From the NCBI GenBank assembly GCA_028826165.1, contig JAPDFW010000023.1, positions 10,273 through 74,272 of the forward strand: a stretch of DNA of 64,000 nucleotides, written 5' to 3'. Source of the stretch: Anaeramoeba ignava BMAN. Lineage: Eukaryota; Protista; Anaeramoebae. Of the stretch, positions 38,201 to 51,770 are shown piece after piece. The translations under genes were made by a program, and so were the position numbers. The number at the start of each line of letters is the position of its first letter. Position 1 is the stretch's first letter. The notes under the pieces were generated by a model. It was not told the DNA's origin and ran no database searches. It saw only the letters and a list, made by a program, of their open reading frames with translations.

Positions 38201-41200
38201 TAATTTTATTTTTTTTGATTTTTTCAAAATTCATTTACACACAAAATAAAATGAAAATAAAATAAATTACAATTAAAAATATTTTATTTATTTAATTTAT
38301 AAAATATAAAATATGAATTAAATTGAATTAAAATTAAATTAAATTGAAAATTAAAAATGAAAATAGAAATTAAATTGTAAAATGAAATTGAAATTGAAAA
38401 TTAAATTAAATTAAATTGAAAATGAAATTGCAAATAAATAAATAAATAAATAGAAGAAGAAGAAGAAAAAGAAGATAAAATATATATTATATTTTAAAAA
38501 TTGATTATTAATTCTAAATTAATAAAAAACAAAATTAAATTAAATTAAATTAAATTAAAATTAAAATTAAAATAAATATTTATTTATAAATATTTTAATT
38601 TACAAAATACTAAAAATATATATATCAAATATAAAAATAAATTTCAAAATTAAAAACATAAATTAAAAATAAAAATAAAAAATAAATTAAATTATGAATA
38701 AATTATGAATAAATTATTATTAATCCCCTTATGCCCCTTCAACCCAACCCCATTTTAATTTACTTTTTATTTCCTTTATAAATTAACTATAATTAAAATT
38801 GAACATAAATTTGAATTGAAATAAATGTGAATTAAATGTAATTATGTTGTAAATTAATTCAAAATATACTTCAATTTTGTTTTACAATTGAAGTGAAATA
38901 ATTGTTTTATATTAAATCAAATAAAAATATAATAAAATAACTTAATTCAAAATAGATTTACTTTTTGTTCTGTTTTAATTCAAAATAAATGAAAATCAAA
39001 ATAAATCAATGAAAATCAAATAAAAATCAAATAAAATTGAAAAATAAGTGTTTGAACATAAATTCGTTTTATTGATAAATAAATAAAATGAAAACAAAAT
39101 GTAATTTAATTGTAAATTGAATTGTTATTTAATTGTAAATTGAATTGTATTTAATTGTAAATTGAATTAATTGTAATTTAATTGTAAATTGAATTATATT
39201 TATTAATTTAATTGTAAATTGAATTTATTTATTTATTTTTAATTTAATTGTAAATTGAATTAATTTATTAATTTAATTGTAAATTGAATTTATTGAATTT
39301 AATTGTAAATTGAATTAATTATTTAATTTAATTGTAAATTGAATTATATTTATTTAATTTAATTGTAAATTGAATTTAATTTATTAATTTAATTGTAAAT
39401 TGAATTTAATTTATTAATTTAATTGTAAATTGAATTTATTTAATTTAATTGTAAATTGAATTATTTATTAATTTAATTGTAAATTGAATTATTTATTTAA
39501 TTTAATTGTAAATTGAATTTATTTAATTTAATTGTAAATTGAATTATTTATTAATTTAATTGTAAATTGAATTATTTATTTAATTTAATTGTAAATTGAA
39601 TTATTTATTAATTTAATTGTAAATTGAATTATTTATTAATTTAATTGTAAATTGAATTATTTATTAATTTAATTGTAAATTGAATTATTTATTAATTTAA
39701 TTGTAAATTGAATTTATTTAATTTAATTGTAAATTGAATTTAATTTATTTAATTTAATTGTAAATTGAATTTAATTTATTTAATTTAATTGTAAATTGAA
39801 TTATTTATTTAATTTAATTGTAAATTGAATTTATTTAATTTAATTTAATTGTAAATTGAATTTATTTTTAATTTAATTGTAAATTGAATTAATTAATTTA
39901 ATTGTAAATTGAATTTAATTTAATTGTAAATTGAATTTAATTTAATTTAATTGTAAATTGAATTTAATTTAATTGTAAATTGAATTTAATTTAATTGTAA
40001 ATTGAATTTAATTTAATTGTAAATTGAATTTAATTTAATTGTAAATTGAATTTAATTTAATTGTAAATTGAATTTAATTTAATTGTAAATTGAATTTAAT
40101 TTAATTGTAAATTGAATTTAATTTAATTGTAAATTGAATTGAATTTAATTTATTGAATTTAATTTAATTGTAAATTGAATTATTTATTTAATTTAATTGT
40201 AAATTGAATTAATTTATTTTTAATTTAATTGTAAATTGAATTAATTTATTTAATTTAATTGTAAATTGAATTTATTTTTAATTTAATTGTAAATTGAATT
40301 TATTTTTAATTTAATTGTAAATTGAATTTATTTATTTAATTTAATTGTAAATTGAATTTATTTAATTTAATTGTAAATTGAATTTGAATTATTAATTTAA
40401 TTGTAAAATTGAATTTATTATTAATTTAATTGTAAATTGAATTTATTATTAATTTAATTGTAAATTGAATTTATTATTAATTTAATTGTAAATTGAATTT
40501 ATTATTAATTTAATTGTAAATTGAATTTATTATTAATTTAATTGTAAATTGAATTTATTATTAATTTAATTGTAAATTGAATGTAATTTAATTTAATTGT
40601 AAATTGAATTATTTATTTAATTTAATTGTAAATTGAATTATTTATTTAATTTAATTGTAAATTGAATTATTTAATTTAATTGTAAATTGAATTATTTATT
40701 TAATTTAATTGTAAATTGAATTATTTATTTAATTTAATTGTAAAATTGAATTAATTATTTAATTTATTTAATTTAATTGTAAATTGAATTTATTTATTAA
40801 TTTAATTGTAAATTGAATTTAATTTATTTAATTTAATTGTAAATTGAATTAATTTATTTTAATTTAATTGTAAATTGAATTTATTTATTAATTTAATTGT
40901 AAATTGAATTATTTATTTTAATTTAATTGTAAATTGAATTATTTATTTAATTTAATTGTAAATTGAATTATTTATTTAATTTAATTGTAAATTGAATTAT
41001 ATTTATTTAAAAATAATAAATTAATTTAATTTTATTTTATTGTAAATTAAAATTAATTTATTTAATTTAATTTAATTGTAAATTGAATTTATTTATTTAA
41101 TTTAATTGTAAATTGAATTATTTATTTAATTTAATTGTAAATTGAATTATTTATTAAATTTAATTGTATATTGAATTGAATTTATTTAATTTAATTGTAA

Positions 41201-44200
41201 ATTGAATTATTTATTAATTTAATTGTAAATTGAATTATTTATTGATTTAATTGTAAATTGAATTATTTATTTAATTTAATTGTAAATTGAATTTATTTAA
41301 TTTAATTTAATTGTAAATTGAATTAATTTATTTAATTTAATTGTAAATTGAATTTATTTATTTAATTTAATTGTAAATTGAATTATTTATTTAATTTAAT
41401 TGTAAATTGAATTATATTTATTTAATTTAATTGTAAATTGAATTATTTATTTAATTTAATTGTAAATTGAATTTATTTATTAATTTAATTGTAAATTGAA
41501 TTAATTTATTAATTTAATTGTAAATTGAATTAATTTATTAATTTAATTTAATTGTAAATTGAATTATTTATTTAATTTAATTGTAAATTGAATTATTTAT
41601 TTAATTTAATTGTAAATTGAATTAATTATTTATTTAATTTAATTGTAAATTGAATGAATTTAATTGTAAATTAAATTGAATTTATTTAATTTAATTGTAA
41701 ATTGAATTTAATTTATTTAATTTAATTGTAAATTGAATTTAATTTAATTTAATTGTAAATTGAATTATTTATTTAATTTAATTGTAAATTGAATTATTTA
41801 TTTAATTTAATTGTAAATTGAATTTATTTATTTAATTTAATTGTAAATTGAATTTATTTATTTAATTTAATTGTAAATTGAATTATTTATTTAATTTAAT
41901 TGTAAATTGAATTGTATTTATTTAATTTAATTGTAAATTGAATTTATTTTATTGATTTAATTGTAAATTGAATTTATTTATTGATTTAATTGTAAATTGA
42001 ATTTATTTATTGATTTAATTGTAAATTGAATTATTTATTGATTTAATTGTAAATTGAATTATTTATTGATTTAATTGTAAATTGAATTATTTATTGATTT
42101 AATTGTAAATTGAATTTATTTATTGATTTAATTGTAAATTGAATTTATTTATTGATTTAATTGTAAATTGAATTTATTTATTAATTTAATTGTAAATTGA
42201 ATTTATTTATTGATTTAATTGTAAATTGAATTGAATTTAATTGTAAATTGAATGTAATTTAATTGTAAATTGAATTAATTTAATTGTAAATTGAATTTAT
42301 TTATTGATTTAATTGTAAATTGAATTTATTTATTGATTTAATTGTAAATTGAATTTATTTATTGATTTAATTGTAAATTGAATTTAATTTATTTAATTTA
42401 ATTGTAAATTGAATTATATTTAATTTATTTAATTAATTTAATTGTAAATTGAATTTATTTTAATTGTCAAATTGAATTTGTTTAATTGTAAATTGAATTG
42501 TATTTAATTGTAAATTGAATTATATTTAATTGTAAATTGAATTATTTATTTAATTGTAAATTGAATTATATTTAATTGTAAATTGAATTATATTTAATTG
42601 TAAATTGAATTATATTTAATTGTAAATTGAATTATATTTAATTGTAAATTGAATTATATTTAATTGTAAATTGAATTTATTTATTAATTTAATTGTAAAT
42701 TGAATTTATTTAATTGTAAATTGAATTTATTTAATAAATTTAATTAAATTTAATTGTAAATTTAATTGTAAATTTAATTGTAAATTTAATTGTAAATTTA
42801 ATTGTAAATTTAATTGTAAATTTAATTGTAAATTTAATTGTAAATTTAATTGTAAATTTAATTGTAAATTTAATTGTAAATTTAATTGTAAATTTAATTG
42901 TAAATTGAATTTAGTAAATTTAATTGTAAATTTAATTGTAAATTTAATTGAATTTAATTTAAATTTAATTGTAAATTTAATTTTAATTTAATTGTAAATT
43001 GAATTGTAATTTAATTGAATTGTAATTTAATTGTAAATTGAATTTAATTTAATTGTAAATTGAATTGTAATTTAATTGTAAATTGAATTGTAATTTAATT
43101 GTAAATTGAATTGTAATTTAATTGTAAATTGAATTTATTTAATTTAATTGTAAATTGAATTTAATTTATTTAATTTAATTGTAAATTGAATTATATTTAT
43201 TTAATTTAATTGTAAATTGAATTTATTTATTTAATTTAATTGTAAATTGAATTGAATTTATTTATTTAATTTAATTGTAAATTGAATTTATTTATTTAAT
43301 TTAATTGTAAATTGAATTATTTATTTAATTTAATTGTAAATTGAATTAATTTATTAATTTAATTGTAAATTGAATTTATTTAATTTAATTGTAAATTGAA
43401 TTTATTTATTAATTTAATTGTAAATTGAATTTATTTATTAATTTAATTGTAAATTGAATTTATTTATTAATTTAATTGTAAATTGAATTTATTTAATTTA
43501 ATTTAATTGTAAATTGAATTTAATTGTAATTTAATTGTAAATTGAATTATTTATTAATTTAATTGTAAATTGAATTATTTATTTAATTTAATTGTAAATT
43601 GAATTTATTTATTAATTTAATTGTAAATTGAATTATTTATTTAATTTAATTGTGAATTGAATTTATTTAATTTAATTGTGAATTGAATTCAAAATAAAAA
43701 TAATAAGAAAAATCAAAATAAAAATCAGAAATGAATATTGATTGATTTTTTTTGTGTGTTTATTTATTATGTAAAGTTGATTTTAATCTAAATTGAAAAT
43801 TTAAATGAATTCAAATCAAATTCAATTCAAATTAAATTCAAATTAAAATTAAATTCAATTCAAATTAAATTCAAATTAAATTGAAAATTAAATTCAAATT
43901 AAATTCAAATTAAATTCAATTCAAATCAAATTAAATTCAAATCAAATTAAATTCAAATTAAAAAATCAAATCAAATTCAAATTAAATTGAAAAATGAAAA
44001 TCAAAATCAAATTGAAAATGAAAATGAAAATGAAAATAAATTATATTTAAAATAAATTAAATTGTAAATGAAATTAAAATGAAATTTTGAATAAAATAAT
44101 AAATGAAAATAAATAAATAATTATTCTAAAAAATATAAAAAGAATTACAAAATAAAAATCAAATCCAAAAAAAAGAATATTTAATAAAATATATTTTTAT

Positions 44201-47200
44201 TAATATATTTATTATTCTGATATTATATTTATTAATATAATATTGATAATAAATTTGATTTCATTATTATATTAATTTTGAATATATATTTTGATTTAAT
44301 ATTTATTATTGAAAAATGTTTAAAATATATAAATTAGAATAAAATTTGATTTTTATTTTTGATTTATATTTATATAAATTGAAATTAAGTTGATAAAAAA
44401 TATTATTTATTTTGATTTATACTTTTAAAAATTTATTTTTATTTTTTAAACATTTTACACTATATATATTTTGAATTAATATTTATTACATATTTATTAA
44501 TTATATATTCATTATTTATATTTATATAATATAATTAATATTCATTTTTATTTATTATTTTTCATTTCAAATTTATTTATTTTAATAATTAATAATAATA
44601 AATTTTGATTTATAATTAATTAATTAATTAATTCTAATATTTTTATTTTATTAATAATTCAATTATTATTTTCAAAATTTATTTTTATTTTATTTTATTA
44701 ATTTTATTTTTGATTTTTCAAAATTTATTTACACACAAAAATAAAATGAAAATTAAATAAATTACAATTAAAAATATTTATTTATTTAATTTATAAAAAT
44801 AAAATATGAATTAAATTGAAAACAAATTGAAAATGTAATTGAAAATTGAAATTAAATTATAAAAATGTAATTGAAATTAAAAATTTGAAAATGAAAAAGA
44901 AAATAAAGAAAAAAAAAAATAAAATTTGAAAATTTAATTAAAATTAAATTAAAATATAAAATTGAAATTGAAAATAAAAATGAAATTGAAAATGAAATTA
45001 AATTATATTTAAATTCAAATTCAAATTCAAATCAAATTAAATTCAAATCAAATTCAAATCAAATCCAAATTCAAATCAAATTAAATTCAAATCAAATCAA
45101 ATTAAATTCAAATTAAATTCAAATTAAATTCAAACAACTAAATCAAATTCAAATTCAAATTTATTTTCCAAAATTCAAATTAAAATTAAATTAAATCAAA
45201 TAAAATTAAATTAAAATTAATATTAAATTTCAAATCAAATTCAAATTAAAAATTTAAATTCAAATTAAATTCAAATTAAATTCAAATTAATAAATTCAAA
45301 TTAAATTAAATTAAAATTAAATTAAATTCAAATTGAAAATTCAAAAATTAAATTAAAAATTCAAATCAAATTCAATTCAAATTAAATTCAAATTAAAATT
45401 AAATTCAATTCAAATTAAATTCAAATTAAATTGAAAATTAAATTAAAATTCAAATTAAATTCAAATCAAATTCAAATCAAATCAAATTCAAAATTAAATT
45501 AAATTCAAATTAAATCCAAATCAAATTCAAATTAAATTCAAATTCAAATTAAAATGAAATTGAAATGAAAATGAAATTGAAAATGAAATTAAATTATATT
45601 TAAAATAAATTAAATTGTAAATGAAATTAAAATGAAATTTTGAATAAAATAATAAATGAAAAGAAATAAATAATTATTCTAAAAAATATAAAAAGAATTA
45701 CAAAATAAAAATCAAATCCAAAAAAAGAATATTTAATAAAATATATTTTTATTAATATATTTATTATTCTGATATTATATTTATTATATTATTTATTAAT
45801 ATAATATTGATAATAAATTTGATTCCATTATTATATTAATTTTGAATATATATTTTGATTTAATATTTATTATTGAAAAATGTTTAAAATATATAAATTA
45901 GAATAAAATTTGATTTTTTTATTTTTTTTGATTTATATTTATATAAATTGAAATTAAGTTGATAAAAAAATATTATTTATTTTGATTTATACTTTTAAAA
46001 TTTATTTTTATTTTTAAACATTTTATATTATATATATTTTGAATTGATATTTATTATTATATATTTATTAATTATATATTCATTCTTTATATTTATATAA
46101 TATAATTAATATTCATTTTTATTTATTATTTTTCATTTCAAATTTATTTATTTTAATAATTAATAATAATATATTTTCATTTATAATTAATTAATTAATT
46201 AATTCTAATATTTTTATTTTATTAATAATTCAATTATTATTTTCAAAATTTATTTATTTATTTTATTAATTTTATTTTTGATTTTTCAAAATTCATTTAC
46301 ACACAAAATAAAATGAAAATAAAATAAATTACAATTAAAAATATTTTATTTATTTAATTTATAAAATATAAATTGAAATTCATTGAAAAATGTAATTGAA
46401 AATGAAATTGAAAATTAAATTGAAAATCAAATTAAAATTAAATTGAAATTGAAAATGAAAATTAAAAAATTGAAAATTGAAAAATGTAATTGAAAATTAA
46501 AATTGAAAATGTAATTGAAAATGTAATTGAAAATGAACAATTGAAAATGTAATTGAAAAATGTAATTGAAAAAATGTAATTGAAAATGTAATTGAAAATG
46601 TAATTGAAAATGTAATTGAAAATGTAATTGAAAATGTAATTGAAAAATGAAAAAAAGAAAAAAAAAAAATTAATTAAAAAAAATAATTAAATTAATTATT
46701 TATTAAAATTTTAAATTCAAATAAATTTAAATTTAAATTAAATTAAAATATTTTGAAAATTCAAATTAAAAAAATTCAAATTGAAATTAAATTAAATTAA
46801 AATTAAATTATTTTTAAATTAAATTTAAATTAAAAATTAAATTAAATTTTTTTAAATTCATTTCAAAAAAAATCAAATTAAAATTAAAATTTAAATTATT
46901 ATTTTTTAAATTAAATTTAAATTAAAATTAAATTAAATTCAAATTTAAATTTAAAATTTGAAAATCAAATTTAAATCAAAATCAAAAATTAAATTAAAAA
47001 ACAAAAAATTAAATTAAAATTAAATTAAATTAAATTCAAATTCAAATTCAAATTCAATTTAAATTCAAATTTAAATTAAAATTCAAAATTTCAAATTAAA
47101 TTAAATTTCAAAATCAATTTCAAATTCAAATTAAATTTCAAATTAAATTTAAATTTAAATAAATTAAAATTTTAAATTCAAAATTAATTCAAATTTTTAA

Positions 47201-50200
47201 ATTCAAATTAAATTAAATTAAATTTTAAAAATCAAATTAATTTAAAATTTAAAATTAAATTTAAATTAAAATAAATTTTAAATTCAAATTCAAATTCAAA
47301 TTCAAAATTAAAATTAAATTAAATTCAAATTAAATTCAAATTAAATTAAATTGAAAATTCAAATCTAAATGAAAATCAAAATCGAAAATGAAAATGAAAA
47401 TGAAATTAAATTATATTTAAAATAAATTAAATTGTAAATGAAATTAAAATGAAATTTTGAATAAAATAATAAATGAAAATAAATAAATAATTATTCTAAA
47501 AATATAAAAGAATTACAAAATAAAAATCAAATCCAAAAAGAATATTTAATAAAATATATTTTTATTAATATATTTATTATTCTTATATTATATGTATTAT
47601 ATTATTTATTAATATAATATTGATAATAAATTTGATTCCATTATTATATTAATTTTGAATATATATTTTGATTTAATATTTATTATTGAAAAATGTTTAA
47701 AATTTATAAATTAGAATAAAATTTGATTTTTTTTTTTATTTTTTTTTGGATTTATATTTATATAAATTGAAATAAAGTTGATAAAAATATTATTTATTTT
47801 GATTTATACTTTTAAAAATTTATTTTTATTTTTAAACATTTTACATTATATATATTTTGAATTTAATATTTATTATTATATATTTATTAATTATATATTC
47901 ATTTATATTTATATAATATAATTAATATTCATTTTTATTTATTATTTTTCATTTCAAATTTATTTATTTTAATAATTAATAATAATAAATTTTGATTTAT
48001 AATTAATTAATTAATTAATTAATTCTAATATTTTTATTTTATTAATAATTCAATTATTATTTTCAAAATTTATTTTTTTATTTATTTTATTATTTTTTTT
48101 GATTTTTCAAAATTCATTTTACACACACAAAATAAAATGAAAATAAAATAAATTACAATTAAAAATATTTTATTGATTAATTTATAAAATATATAAAATA
48201 TGAATTAAATTGAATTAAAATTAAATTAAATTGAAAATTAAAATGAAAATAGAAATTAAATTGTAAAATGAAAATGAAATTGAAAATTAAATTAAATTAA
48301 ATTGAAAATGAAATTGCAAAAAATAAATAAATAAATAAATAAATAGAAGAAGAAGAAAAGAAGATAAAATATATATTATATTTTAAAAATTGATTATTAA
48401 TTCTAAATTAATAAAAAACTAAATTAAATTAAATTAAATTAAATTAAAATTAAAATAAATATTTATTTATAAATATTTTAATTTACAAAATACTAAAAAT
48501 ATATATATCAAATATAAAAATAAATTTCAAAATTAAAAACATAAATTAAAAATAAAAATAAAAAATAAATTAAATTATGAATAAATTATGAATAAATTAT
48601 TATTAATCCCCTTATGCCCCTTCAACCCAACCCCATTTTAATTTCCTTTTTATTTCCTTTATAAATTAACTATAATTAAAATTGAATATAAATTTGAATT
48701 GAAATAAATGTAAATTAAATTGAATTATGTTGTAAATTAATTCAAAACATACTTCAATTTTGTTATATAATTGAAGTAAAATACTTGTTTTATATTAAAT
48801 CAAACAAAAAATATAATAAAATAGCTTAATTCAATATAGATTTACTTTTTGTTCTGTTTTAATTCAAAATAAATAAAAATCAAAATAAATCAATGAAAAT
48901 CAAATAAAATTGAAATAAAATTGAAAAATAAGTGTTTGAACATAAATTCGTTTTGTTAATAAATAAATAAAATGAAAACAAAATGTAATTTAATTTGATT
49001 TAATTGTAAATTGAATTATTTATTGATTTAATTGTAAATTGAATTAATTTATTTAATTTAATTGTAAATTGAATTAATTATTTATTGATTTAATTGTAAA
49101 TTGAATTATTTATTGATTTAATTGTAAATTGAATTATTTATTGATTTAATTGTAAATTGAATTAATTATTTATTGATTTAATTGTAAATTGAATTAATTT
49201 ATTTATTAATTTAATTGTAAATTGAATTTATTTATTGATTTAATTGTAAATTGAATTTATTTAATTTAATTGTAAATTGAATTTATTTAATTTAATTGTA
49301 AATTGAATTTATTTATTTAATTTAATTGTAAATTGAATTATTTATTAATTTAATTTAATTGTAAATTGAATTTATTTATTTAATTTAATTGTAAATTGAA
49401 TTAATTTATTTAATTTAATTGTAAATTGAATTTATTGATTTAATTGTAAAATTGAATTATTTATTTAATTTAATTGTAAATTGAATTAATTTTATTTTAA
49501 TTTAATTGTAAATTGAATTTATTTAATTTAATTGTAAATTGAATTATTTATTTAATTTAATTGTAAATTGAATTATTTATTTAATTTAATTGTAAATTGA
49601 ATTATTTATTTAATTTAATTGTAAATTGAATTAATTTATTTAATTTAATTGTAAATTGAATTATTTATTTAATTTAATTGTAAAATTGAATTATTTATTT
49701 AATTTAATTGTAAATTGAAATTAATTTATTTAATTTAATTGTAAATTGAATTAATTTATTTAATTTAATTGTAAATTGAATTATTTATTTAATTTAATTG
49801 TAAATTGAATTATTTATTTAATTTAATTGTAAATTGAATTGAATTTATTTAATTTAATTGTAAATTGAATTTATTTATTTAATTTAATTGTAAATTGAAT
49901 TTATTTATTTAATTTAATTGTAAATTGAATTAATTTATTTAATTTAATTGTAAATTGAATTTATTTATTTAATTTAATTGTAAATTGAATTTAATTTAAT
50001 TGTAAATTGAAATTTAATTAAATTGAAAAATTGAATTTAATTTTTAATTGTAAATTGAATTGTAATTTAATTGTAAATTGAATTTAATTTAATTGTAAAT
50101 TGAATTGTAATTTAATTTAATTGTAAATTGAATTGTAATTTAATTTAATTGTAAATTGAATTTAATTTAATTGTAAATTGAATGTAATTTAATTGTAAAT

Positions 50201-51370
50201 TGAATGTAAATTAAATTTTTTTAATTTAATTGTAAATTGAATTTAATTTAATTTTAAATTGAATTTATTATTTAATTTAAAATTGAATTTAATTTAATTT
50301 AATTTAAATTGAATTATTTATTTAATTTAATTGTAAATTGAATTTATTTATTTAATTTAATTGTAAATTGAATTTATTTAAATTTATTTAATTTTAATTG
50401 TAAATTGAATTTATTTAATTTAATTGTAAATTGAATTTATTTAATTTAATTTAATTATAAATTGAATTTAAAATTTTATTTATTTAATTTAATTGTAAAT
50501 TGAATTTAATTTATTTAATTTAATTGTAAATTGAAATTGAATTTATTTATTTTAATTTAATTGTAAATTGAATTTATTTATTTAATTTAATTGTAAAATT
50601 GAATTTAATTGAATTTAATTTATTTGTAAATTGAATTTATTGAATTTTATTTAATTTAATTGTAAATTGAATTTATTTATTTAATTTAATTTAAATTGAA
50701 TTTATTTATTTAATTTAATTGTAAATTGAAATTTAATTTATTTAATTAAATTTTATTTAATTTAAATTAAATTGAATTTATTTAATTTATTTTTAATTTT
50801 GATTTTATTTATTTTAATTGTAAATTGAATTAATTTATTTAATTTAATTGTAAATTGAATTTATTTATTTAATTTAATTGTAAATTGAATTTATTTAATT
50901 TAATTGTAAATTGAATTTATTTATTTAATTTAAATTGTAAATTGAATTATTTATTTATTTAATTTAATTGTAAAATTGAATTTATTTAATTTAATTGTAA
51001 ATTGAATTTATTTAATTTAATTTTAATTAAAATTTGAATTTAATTTATTTAATTATAATTTTAAATTGAAATTGAAATTAATTTAATTTAATTTAAATTT
51101 GAATTTAATTTATTTAATTTAATTGTAAATTGAATTTAATTTATTTAATTTAATTGTAATTGAATTAATTTAAAAATAAAATAAAATTGAAATTTATTTA
51201 ATTTAATTGAAAAAATTTAATTTTTTAAATTGAATTATTTAATTTAATTGTAAATTGAATTTATTTAATTTAAAAAAAATTGAATTTTTTATTGAAATTG
51301 AAAATTTAAATTAAATCAAATTATTTTAAATTTCAAATTGAAAATCAAAAATTTATTTAATTTAATTGTA
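23260..51370. repeat. Six minisatellite tracts with core TTTAATTGTAAATTGAAT plus short variable A/T linkers (unit ~22-34 bp)
   Basis: Tracts at ~23260-24860, 26640-26940, 29925-32712, 36225-37210, 39100-43688, 48985-51370. Confidence 0.95.
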
Positions 51371-51770
51371 AATTAAAATTAAATTAAATTAAATTAAATT
51401 GAAAAATTAAAATTCAAATTTAAATTGAATTATTTAAATTTAAAAATCAAAATTCAAATTCAAATTCAAATTAAAATCAAATTTAATTTTTAAATTCAAA
51501 TTAATAAAAAATTAAAAAATTTAAATTCAAATTCAAATCAAAAAGAAAATTCAAAATAAAAATCAGAAATTAAATTCAAATCAAAATTGTGTGTTCAAAT
51601 TCAAATTCAAATCAAATTCAAATTAAATTGAAAATTCAAATTCAAATCAAATTAAATTCAAATTCAAATTCAAATTCAAATTTAAATTTAAATTAAATTG
51701 AAATCAAAATCAAATTAAATTCAAATTCAAATTAAATCAAAATTAAATTCAAATCAAATTCAAATGAAAT
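24960..51770. repeat. Degenerate (TTCAAA/TTAAA/ATCAA)n microsatellite tracts preceding block A
   Basis: Tracts at ~24960-25070, 27050-27510, 32830-33080, 37345-37470, 43808-44000, 45010-45550, 46700-47350, 51400-51765. Confidence 0.9.

Noticed and set aside
29925-43688. CRISPR-like look of constant TTTAATTGTAAATTGAAT plus variable linkers
   Set aside because: Linkers are only ~4-16 nt, low-complexity and recurrent; no cas genes; eukaryotic context. It is a minisatellite.
46650-51600. Scrambled-looking patches (~46650-47340, 51150-51600, also ~24360-24660) as distinct new repeats
   Set aside because: They look like mosaics of neighbouring modules, consistent with long-read consensus or polishing artefacts.
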